A DNA stretch of 19,413 nt from Promethearchaeota archaeon (lineage in GTDB: Archaea > Asgardarchaeota > Lokiarchaeia > Sigyniarchaeales > SOKP01). The stretch lies in NCBI GenBank assembly GCA_016930515.1, contig JAFGGO010000077.1, positions 1 through 19,413 of the forward strand, given 5' to 3'. Below the pieces are notes generated by a model. The model did no database searches. It was not told the origin of the DNA and saw nothing but the letters and a program-made list of their open reading frames with translations. The position numbers and the translations under genes are program-made. How positions within the stretch are numbered: the first letter of the stretch is position 1; each line of letters opens with the position of its first letter. Shown one piece after another: positions 8,916-17,102 of the stretch.

Positions 8916-9647
8916 TTAAACCGTCTTATCGTCTAATTTCTTGAGGAGGTCGGGCAATCGACTCTTATTAATCTCAAGGTATTTCCCGTCTATTTGAAAA
9001 TCATATTTTTCGCACCACGCAATTATCTCATCTAAATCGTCTTCGTCGATTTTTAAATAATTTTGAATTGCTCGAATTTCAACTCTTTTCGATGCTTTTA
9101 GCAATGACTTAAGCTTTTTGTAATCCACGGGCCTATCTAAACGACTTAATTTCATCATCCTTAGTGTTTCTTCGACATGAGCCTTGCCAGAAGAAGCGTA
9201 AAGATGAAGAGGGTCGTGTTTTAATGTCTTATTATAAAAGCTGAGGGCATCATCGAGATCTCCCCTAGTTTCGTGAAGCAGACCAATGTTATAATAAGCG
9301 TGCTCGTAATCCGGTTTGAGCTCGATGGTTTTAAAAAAGCATTTGAGAGCTTCTTCATAATTTTCAGAATGGAACAGGGCAACACCTCTATAATATAGGG
9401 CCTTGTAATTATCAGGTTGTAGTGTATGAATTTTTTCGTAAATTTCGGCTGCTTTTTCGTACTCCTGTATCAATTCTTCGGAAAGATAATGCCCATAAGC
9501 AAAAAGCACTTCGATGTATAATTCCAAGATTTGATCGCTCGTTTCTTGAGATTTTCTCAAATTCTCGCATAATTGAAGCGCTTCCTCGAACTTTTCTTCG
9601 TTTTTTAATCGCTTGATCTTTTCTACGATTTCATCATAATCAGTCAT
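8916..9647 (-). CDS. Tetratricopeptide-repeat protein with a small C-terminal winged-helix/PCI-like domain
   Basis: TPR patterns ALYYRGVAL..NYEEALKCF.K.IELKP and AYYNIG..GDLDDAL..Y.K.L..DP. The C-terminal segment SKRVEI..L.ID..WCEKYDFQIDGKYLEIN is called winged-helix-like by inference. Confidence 0.85.
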   Translation of the reverse strand: MTDYDEIVEKIKRLKNEEKFEEALQLCENLRKSQETSDQILELYIEVLFAYGHYLSEELIQEYEKAAEIYEKIHTLQPDNYKALYYRGVALFHSENYEEALKCFFKTIELKPDYEHAYYNIGLLHETRGDLDDALSFYNKTLKHDPLHLYASSGKAHVEETLRMMKLSRLDRPVDYKKLKSLLKASKRVEIRAIQNYLKIDEDDLDEIIAWCEKYDFQIDGKYLEINKSRLPDLLKKLDDKTV

Positions 9648-9819
9648 GATAAAATAATTATTCGTAAGTACTATTAATTAATACAAAGGATTATCAAACA
9701 AGAATTTTATGAATTGATAATTAAATAAGAACGATTTACTTTTGATTTTTCATTTAACATTTACTTAATGCCCTTTCTATAAAGTGTATAAAGAAAGAAA
9801 AAAGAATTTTAAAATATGA

Positions 9820-12800
9820 TTATTCCAATTTATCTTGTTTAGCCTTGCTAAGAAAACCAAACTTTTTTGAATGTAATCCATTTCTCTTAGTAAATAGTGG
9901 TGCGCGTTTTTTTAACTTTAAAACTCCTAAAGATGCTCCTACTGTTCCGATTATGGAGACTGTAATCACGCTTCCTATTATAACTGTAATAGACGGATCA
10001 ATATTCAAAGGACTAGTATTTTGCGGTTTTTCAGAATCATCATCGTTAATAGGATCCTCTGGATCATCAGAAGGGCCATCTGGATCGTTAATTACTTGCA
10101 AATCATCGTAAATAGGGGTAACTATGATATCACGTCCGTCGCTGAATTCGAAATAATAAGAGTAATTCATAGACGAGGGCACCAATAAAGTCGAAAATTG
10201 ATATAAACATCCATCAGTATAATCGGTATCAAAATGATCGTTTTTTTGCATTTCATGAATTTCACCATTAATATATACGACTATTTCTGTAGGAGCGTTA
10301 TTATCCTCATCCATGTATACGGCGCTAAAAGTAAATTCTGAATATTGATTACCAATTTTTGGAGAAATATAGCAATTTACCAAAATTGGAGCGTGATCAT
10401 TAATAACATAATTAAAAGTATTAATTTCCGACCAGATTCCTGCAAATTCGTTAAATACGGGAAGCACTCGCCAATAATACATTCCATTAGGCATTATCAG
10501 ATCAAGGGAAATTGTTGTCATGCCGGGAGTTTCAACTATACCTGTGAATTCTTGTAAAATCGTAGTAAATCCTGAGTTATCCGAAATTTGAATGGTATAA
10601 TTCAATGGTCCAAACACAGGGTTCAAGCTCATCCACTTGAAAGTGTTCAATCCATTAAAAATTGTCGAATCGTTCTCAGGCAAGATAAGTTGTAAGCATC
10701 GAGAATTTTTAAGGATTACATCGTCAAAATGCCAATAATCGTATCCAGCTCCAGAACCACTAGTTTGTCGGAACCTTAATCTAAAATTTGAATGTAAAGC
10801 GTCCGTTGGAAGAATTAAATCGTTAACAACGAAAATCTCTCCAGGAGTTCCTCCTCCAATATAATAAGCAAGTTCAATCCAATGCCCATATATATCACAA
10901 TATTCTACAATAAAATCTTCTCCATAATCAGTATCTTCACTAAATTCGTCGCTACCCCTTCTTATCCAGAATGAAACACTTATTTCTTGATAAGTGGATA
11001 AATCAATAGTTCTTAACGTGATGTCTCCTTGACCTGCACATAAATAAGCTGAATAACGGCCTGAATTTGAAGTGTAAGAGTTTACACCTCCCGTTCCTCC
11101 AAGAGTCCAATCCGGAGTCAAGTATCCATCTTCGAAATCGTCTTCAAAAATAATACCCATGTGATAATTCAAAAACGGATTGACTTCTGGGCCTGTTATC
11201 AAACCAGTTGAGCTTAAGAATAGTCCATCATAACAAGTGATTTCAAACTCGTATAAACCAAAATCGAGTGTGGTCTCATAAAAAAATTGAATACCATCCA
11301 ATGCTATATTGTCAAATTCATCCACCCTTGTCATTGAAATGATGTCGCCATTTACAAAAGTGATATTTACAAAATAGGGAAGATTATTGTCATCGTCAAA
11401 ATAATTCACAGTAAATCTAAAGATTGTATCATCAATACCAATTTCAGGAGATACTTGGGGGTTTAAAAGCTTGGGCGCGTGATAATTAGATTCCTGAATA
11501 AATACATCTTTAAATATTGGCGTAGAAGTATAAAAGCGCCCATCAAAGGATTCGAAATAATACGAGTAATTGAACTCAGAAGGATCCAATAAAATATTAA
11601 ATTGATAAAGAACTTTTTCAACATCATCACCACCATCACACAAACCATCAAAATGATGCATTGCATAAGTGGTTCCATTAATTACCACATTCATGTATAT
11701 TGGAAGATTATCGTCTTTATCATAATAATTTACGAAGAATACAAATTCTGTAAATTGATCTCCTATTTTTGGAGTTACGTAATAATTACTCAGTACGGGT
11801 GCGTATTTATTAATCATGTAATTGAAGCTTCCAATTTTGGACCAATTTCCCTGGAATATATCAAAAACAGGGCGTACTCGCCAATAATAGCGTCCATTCG
11901 ATAAACATAGAGATTTCGAGATATTCGTGGTATCTGGTGTTTCGTAGATGCAATTATGTTGACAAATTATATTAGAGAAATTGTAAGTATCTGAAATTTG
12001 TAAGGTGTATTTGATATTTCCAAATTTAGCATTTAAACTCGTCCACTTGAAAATATTAGTTCCCGTATATATCGTAGATTGGTTGGATGGTGTTAATAAT
12101 TCAATATATTGAAATGCGTTTAGTTTTACATCATCAAAATGCCAATAATCGAAACCAGATCCAGAACCGCTAATTTGCTCGAATTTAAACCTAAAATGAG
12201 AATGTAACGCACTTTCAGGGAGAGTTAAATTATTCACGAATATAATTTCGCCAGGAGTTCCATCTCCAGGAAATCTCATTAGCTCGATCCAAATACCCGT
12301 TTTATCATAATATGACACGATTAAATCTTCACCGATATCAGGATCCTCGCTAAAAGTAATATCGCCCCTTCTTAACCAAAATGAAAGAGATATATTTCTA
12401 TAAGTGGATAAATCAAATTCTTTAGATTTAATATTTCCCTTTCCTTCACAAAGATAGGCAGAATATATTCCCGAATTAGAGGTATGCGTTCCTACACCTC
12501 CTGTTCCTTCAAGAGTCCAATCAGGAGTCAAATATCCATCCTCAAAATCGTCTTCAAATAATATTCTTTCGTTTGCATACAAGTAAAAGGGATTGACTTC
12601 TGGACCAACAAGACAATTCGTATAATTGCAATATTTTCCATCAGAGCACTTGAATTTATGGCAATATTTACCAAAATCGAGAGTTGTTTCGTAGAAATAT
12701 TGAATTCCGTCCATTGCATTGATATCTGACTCGTTGAGTTTCGCCATGAGTAAATATTCGCAGTCAATGTATAATTTTACGTAATCCGCTTGATTGTTAT

Positions 12801-15800
12801 CCTCGTCGTAATAATCAACTGTAAATCGAAATTTCGTGTTATTTCCTCCGTAATTTGGCGTTACTTGAGGATTTAATAATCTAGGAGCGAAAAAATTAGT
12901 TTCTGATACTTTTATATTGTTGTATACGCTCGTGGAATTAGAATATCGCTTGTCATAACATTCAAAATAATACGAATAATTGTATTTTGAAGGCAATAAG
13001 AACGTCTTAAATTGGAATTCGCATCCATCAATGTAGTTTATATCAAAAGGATCGGTCTTTGTCATTGAATGAGATGTGCCATTAATTACAATGTTAACAT
13101 ATGAAGGAGCGTTATTGTCGAGATCCGCATACGAAACGCTGAATTCGAACATTGTATTCTGATAACCACAAACAGGTAATACGGATGCATTATTTAATTC
13201 TGGACTATATATATTTGGAGTCGAAACCCAATCTATAGCATTTAAAATTAATCTTTGATTTGATGATCTTCCCCAATGATATTGATCCCATACATGCACG
13301 ACTTTTCCCGCGTGAGGGGCATCTAAAGCAACGATCAAATCGTAATCACTTCCTAATGCTTGTTTTACCAATGGATAATAATAATCTCCAATAGAGCTCG
13401 AAGCTAGTGAGGAAGAATAATATCGAGAATCTCCACTTGTACCATAAATAATATCATTATATGCATATCCGTCCAATACTGGATGAGTTTCGTCAACAAC
13501 AACGCCCGATGAGGGGCTATAATAATCCCAATAAGTCCCATATCCATGTGTATCGTTTGCTTCTGGGGGTAATAAACCCGCCCAGTTTAAAAAACATATA
13601 CTACTATCGAATGTGATAAGATTTCCACCATTGAGACACCAATCTTTTAACAAGATTGAAGCTTGATCGTTGGGGGTATTATCGATTAATATTACAACAT
13701 CCTTTCCCGATAATCCACCTGATATAATTTCATCGTTAGTTATTATAGTTACATCTAGACCAGAACTCACGAGTCCATTGTATATAGTACTATAATCATT
13801 ATTCAAAGCTCCTGTAAAATATCTTGGATATTGGTTTGAATTGAGTATTGCAATCGAAGGTCCTACATCTACTAATGGTCCAGAATGGGGGCCATCATGT
13901 ACGATATTGTTTCCATCAGAACATTCGAAACTAAATGAATGAGTTCCTACCTTATTCAATTTCGTACTATAAACATAGACACACCCATCAATATAAATAT
14001 CGTCCTTTACATCTAATTTGACCATTGAATGCGAAATTGAATCTATCATGACATTTATCGATTGAGGTGCGTTATTATCTATATCTGAATAATTAATTGA
14101 AAAAGTAAAAGTAGTCGAATCGATGTATCCCTGTAGAGGATCCACGCTTGCTCCGGTCATTATTGGATCGTTATTATTTGAATAAGAAACTTGAAGGCTA
14201 TCATATTCCCCGGTCGAAGTGTAAAACTTGCTGTCCTTGCATTCAAAATAATATGAGTAATTATAAAAGGCGGATTGCAAGTAAGTATTGAGTTGATAGA
14301 CACACCCATCGGTGAAGTCATTATCAGAAGGATCTTGTTTTTCCATGTCGTATCTGGTTCCATTAATAGACACTCGCACGAAGGAAGGACCATTATTATC
14401 CATGTCCGTATAAGTTACTCTGAAAATAAAAGGAGTGTCTTGATATCCAGAAACAGGCGTTAGAGATTCGCTCGTTAAGATTGGAGAGTTATCGTTTGGT
14501 TGTGGGAGGATATTTGCCGTTGGATCACCAAAAAGATTAATCTCGTAATAACACCACCTAATATAAGCTTGTGATAAGAAAGGGATTGAATCCTCTTTAG
14601 AGTCTTGGTTGGCTCTTCCGATTTCAGTTATTCCCTCTCCGAAAATTGCATCAAAAAACTCGCGATCAAAATGTTGTGAGGCACCATTGGTAGTGTATCT
14701 GTTACCCCATCCATATCTGCTATTGGCAATAAACGCAAAAGCTCCGTAAGGTGAAGTTACAAAATGTTCGACCACGGAATCATAAGAATTATAACTTCCA
14801 TAACTATCCCTATTATCAAAAGCACCTGCATAGCAACCTTGGCTATACGCAAAAAAATATTTATCGTTTGATAGGATTGTATCAATGTCTGAATAATGCA
14901 TTTTCATTACATTCGCATTGTTTGCGTGTCCGAGGTGATTTATAACGTGCACGCCATTATTTATGATTTGAGTAAGGTCGGTATAATCCCAATCTGGAGA
15001 CATGTCCATATCGTATAATGTAGACACATTATAATCAGAAGGAAAACCAACGGTCGTAAAATTATGATTTGAGGACCCGTCCTTTACCTCATCCTTATAT
15101 TCGCCCCCCCATACGGACCACCCCAAATCTTCTCCTAACATGCATGCATTGGATAAATAAGCGTCTGTTGATGTCTCATGCGCAAGAGTTTTCATTATAA
15201 AATTGGATAATTCATCTTCAGTATCAACTGGTGCACGACCTACATAAACCTCCCCGTATAAGTCATCTTCACCAATCTCACCCCAGTATGTATCGTTATC
15301 GGTATTCCAAGTACCATCGAGTGCTGCGTAATAAAGATCTGAAGGCATGTTATCATCTGAAGTCGAACCACTATAATAGAACCCCCTTGCAGGGACAATC
15401 GCGTCTCCACTCTCACCTCCTACATCCGCTCCATCTCCATCTCCTCCAAGGAGGACGTATTCAATACCCCAATTATTATAAGCATCTATTATAAAATTGC
15501 GTATTTGTTCTTGTTCGTCCCGACCAGCATAACTTGCATAAATATCTTCGACAGTAACTATAGTTGTTTTTATTCCATATGCATTTTTAAAATCGGCTAA
15601 ATCCTGGAATGTATAAGTTCCTGCCGAATTCTTTAAAGCGTTATTGGTTATGATCACATAATCATAAGATGCAGGTGGCAACCCTAAAACAGAACTCGTT
15701 GTAAGAGATGGATTTGTTAAGAAGGAAGCGCCCGTAATGATGCTCGATCCTCCACTATATGATATTACATCCTCAGGATTTTCTACAAAAGTAATTACTT

Positions 15801-16611
15801 TATTTTCGTCTTTCTTGAGGTTTCTATAAAGCGGATTATTAAAATTAGTTGTCTTTCTCAAATTCAAATCTATTTTCATATCTTCAACAAGAGTGACTTT
15901 TCCGTTATATGGCGTATATTGGATGGGGTATAGGTTAAGTATGAGAACTTTATATCCTCTAAATCCATAAATTCCCTCAATGGAATAATATTTCCCGGGA
16001 AAGATATCCGTAGAGTTGTAAATAGACGAATTGAAAGTAATTTCTGGATCTACATTGAACCCGATTGGAACTGGTTCTTCTGCAGGTTCTATTTTGTAAT
16101 CAAGAGATATTTCTTTGATATTCGTTAATTCAAGTTCAATGTTTTCGTATTCAAATCCATTTGGAAGGAGTATTTTCATGGTTTTCAAAGGGAGTTGAGG
16201 TGCTCCAGCCTGACTCAAAGAAGCTCCTTCTTGAAGGCTTAATCGATTACATATTTCCCCAGTAGAAGCAATAACTTTAGTTATTTCAAGATCTTTTGTA
16301 GGTAAATTGAATTCAAGAGTTCTTACTTGAACATTTAACGCTTCAATGTTATCTGAAGCATTATTTAAATTTAAATTGAATGAAGAATTATTAAAATCCT
16401 TGTTTGATAAAGTTTTCTCATCGTAAGTAAACATTTCATACACATTTGGTAATGATAAAAAGGTAGGTAGAATTGATACAACTATTAAGAGCGTTAAAAC
16501 GCCTTTAATATGAATTTTACGAAGTTTATTTTTATTTAAGATAATATCTAACACCCATGAATAATCTAATAATATATATATTTGAAATTGATACGTATTA
16601 TTTAAAATCAT
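9820..16611 (-). CDS. Giant membrane-anchored C25-family (gingipain-like) cysteine peptidase with multiple adhesion-type repeats (true start probably downstream of 16611, e.g. GTG 16554)
   Basis: N-terminal hydrophobic segment; C25 propeptide (GAPQLP..ILLP, FRGY..L.LYPIQY.P); catalytic domain YDYVII, IRNFI..AY..WGIEYVLLGGD, SDLYYA.LDG, VGRAP, HLGHAN (His), SQGCYAG (Cys), NLFGDP; then repeats, a D/P-rich linker, a TM helix and a basic tail. Confidence 0.92.
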   Translation of the reverse strand: MILNNTYQFQIYILLDYSWVLDIILNKNKLRKIHIKGVLTLLIVVSILPTFLSLPNVYEMFTYDEKTLSNKDFNNSSFNLNLNNASDNIEALNVQVRTLEFNLPTKDLEITKVIASTGEICNRLSLQEGASLSQAGAPQLPLKTMKILLPNGFEYENIELELTNIKEISLDYKIEPAEEPVPIGFNVDPEITFNSSIYNSTDIFPGKYYSIEGIYGFRGYKVLILNLYPIQYTPYNGKVTLVEDMKIDLNLRKTTNFNNPLYRNLKKDENKVITFVENPEDVISYSGGSSIITGASFLTNPSLTTSSVLGLPPASYDYVIITNNALKNSAGTYTFQDLADFKNAYGIKTTIVTVEDIYASYAGRDEQEQIRNFIIDAYNNWGIEYVLLGGDGDGADVGGESGDAIVPARGFYYSGSTSDDNMPSDLYYAALDGTWNTDNDTYWGEIGEDDLYGEVYVGRAPVDTEDELSNFIMKTLAHETSTDAYLSNACMLGEDLGWSVWGGEYKDEVKDGSSNHNFTTVGFPSDYNVSTLYDMDMSPDWDYTDLTQIINNGVHVINHLGHANNANVMKMHYSDIDTILSNDKYFFAYSQGCYAGAFDNRDSYGSYNSYDSVVEHFVTSPYGAFAFIANSRYGWGNRYTTNGASQHFDREFFDAIFGEGITEIGRANQDSKEDSIPFLSQAYIRWCYYEINLFGDPTANILPQPNDNSPILTSESLTPVSGYQDTPFIFRVTYTDMDNNGPSFVRVSINGTRYDMEKQDPSDNDFTDGCVYQLNTYLQSAFYNYSYYFECKDSKFYTSTGEYDSLQVSYSNNNDPIMTGASVDPLQGYIDSTTFTFSINYSDIDNNAPQSINVMIDSISHSMVKLDVKDDIYIDGCVYVYSTKLNKVGTHSFSFECSDGNNIVHDGPHSGPLVDVGPSIAILNSNQYPRYFTGALNNDYSTIYNGLVSSGLDVTIITNDEIISGGLSGKDVVILIDNTPNDQASILLKDWCLNGGNLITFDSSICFLNWAGLLPPEANDTHGYGTYWDYYSPSSGVVVDETHPVLDGYAYNDIIYGTSGDSRYYSSSLASSSIGDYYYPLVKQALGSDYDLIVALDAPHAGKVVHVWDQYHWGRSSNQRLILNAIDWVSTPNIYSPELNNASVLPVCGYQNTMFEFSVSYADLDNNAPSYVNIVINGTSHSMTKTDPFDINYIDGCEFQFKTFLLPSKYNYSYYFECYDKRYSNSTSVYNNIKVSETNFFAPRLLNPQVTPNYGGNNTKFRFTVDYYDEDNNQADYVKLYIDCEYLLMAKLNESDINAMDGIQYFYETTLDFGKYCHKFKCSDGKYCNYTNCLVGPEVNPFYLYANERILFEDDFEDGYLTPDWTLEGTGGVGTHTSNSGIYSAYLCEGKGNIKSKEFDLSTYRNISLSFWLRRGDITFSEDPDIGEDLIVSYYDKTGIWIELMRFPGDGTPGEIIFVNNLTLPESALHSHFRFKFEQISGSGSGFDYWHFDDVKLNAFQYIELLTPSNQSTIYTGTNIFKWTSLNAKFGNIKYTLQISDTYNFSNIICQHNCIYETPDTTNISKSLCLSNGRYYWRVRPVFDIFQGNWSKIGSFNYMINKYAPVLSNYYVTPKIGDQFTEFVFFVNYYDKDDNLPIYMNVVINGTTYAMHHFDGLCDGGDDVEKVLYQFNILLDPSEFNYSYYFESFDGRFYTSTPIFKDVFIQESNYHAPKLLNPQVSPEIGIDDTIFRFTVNYFDDDNNLPYFVNITFVNGDIISMTRVDEFDNIALDGIQFFYETTLDFGLYEFEITCYDGLFLSSTGLITGPEVNPFLNYHMGIIFEDDFEDGYLTPDWTLGGTGGVNSYTSNSGRYSAYLCAGQGDITLRTIDLSTYQEISVSFWIRRGSDEFSEDTDYGEDFIVEYCDIYGHWIELAYYIGGGTPGEIFVVNDLILPTDALHSNFRLRFRQTSGSGAGYDYWHFDDVILKNSRCLQLILPENDSTIFNGLNTFKWMSLNPVFGPLNYTIQISDNSGFTTILQEFTGIVETPGMTTISLDLIMPNGMYYWRVLPVFNEFAGIWSEINTFNYVINDHAPILVNCYISPKIGNQYSEFTFSAVYMDEDNNAPTEIVVYINGEIHEMQKNDHFDTDYTDGCLYQFSTLLVPSSMNYSYYFEFSDGRDIIVTPIYDDLQVINDPDGPSDDPEDPINDDDSEKPQNTSPLNIDPSITVIIGSVITVSIIGTVGASLGVLKLKKRAPLFTKRNGLHSKKFGFLSKAKQDKLE
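10090..13215 (-). repeat. Intragenic ~1.4-kb (about 470 aa) duplication of [Ig-Ig-Reelin-like-FN3], present twice plus a partial third copy
   Basis: FEDDFEDGYLTPDWTL(E/G)GTGGV occurs at about 12560 and 11150. DYWHFDDV occurs at about 12140 and 10730. Y.WRV.PVF occurs at about 11880 and 10470. Confidence 0.9.
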
Positions 16612-16627
16612 CTGGTAGAAAAGTGAA
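16599..16627 (-). promoter_or_regulatory. Conserved upstream motif plus TATA-like box for the C25 protease gene
   Basis: Minus strand reads TTCACTTTTCTACCAGATG-ATTTTAAATA, 18/19 identical to 7086-7104. Confidence 0.5.
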
Positions 16628-16846
16628 CTATCAATTATACAAAAAAGTAGATTTATGAACAGGAAATCGGTGGGACAATTTGGTTATGATTTGCTTTTAT
16701 TTGGAACAACTTTAGATCTATCATTGTAAGAAGAGCCATAATTATTAAACAAATTTAAATAAACAGAAAATAAAATCTTGATTTTTTTCTAAACCAATTA
16801 TTCTCAAACAGAAAGGAGTTAACTTGTGATAATATGAAAGATAATA

Positions 16847-16921
16847 TGGTGGACTCGGCGGGAATTGAACCCGCGGCCTCACGCATGCCAAGCGTGCGAT
16901 CTTCCACTAATCCACGAGCCC
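16847..16921 (-). tRNA. tRNA-Ala: tRNA-Ala(GGC), intronless, CCA encoded
   Basis: GGGCTCGTGGATTAGTGGAAGATCGCACGCTTGGCATGCGTGAGGCCGCGGGTTCAATTCCCGCCGAGTCCACCA. Acceptor stem GGGCTCG/CGAGTCC with the G3:U70 Ala determinant; anticodon arm CACGC-TTGGCAT-GCGTG; T arm GCGGG-TTCAATT-CCCGC. Confidence 0.97.
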
Positions 16922-17102
16922 TTTGAGGTAGAGAACCTTGAAAAATACTCGATATTTGGACTATTAATAATCGAGTTTCTTGAGGTGATCTAAAGAATTT
17001 TTCTTGAAAAATAAAATTTTGTATTTTACTAAATTCTACACTCAAGGATCATCGAGATAATAATTTAAAACTTTAGTTAAAAATAATCTAATTTTTCTAA
17101 AT

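Noticed and set aside
10400-13215. Diversity-generating retroelement TR/VR pair
   Set aside because: Differences between the repeats are not adenine-specific, many are synonymous, and no reverse transcriptase is present.
7706-15494. Short ORFs overlapping the DUF5713, TPR and C25 genes
   Set aside because: Shadow frames without family motifs.
16847-16921. tRNA as integration site of an island
   Set aside because: No duplicate of the tRNA 3' end and no integrase seen in the window.
16755-17045. 96-aa ORF
   Set aside because: It spans the tRNA-Ala gene, so it is spurious.
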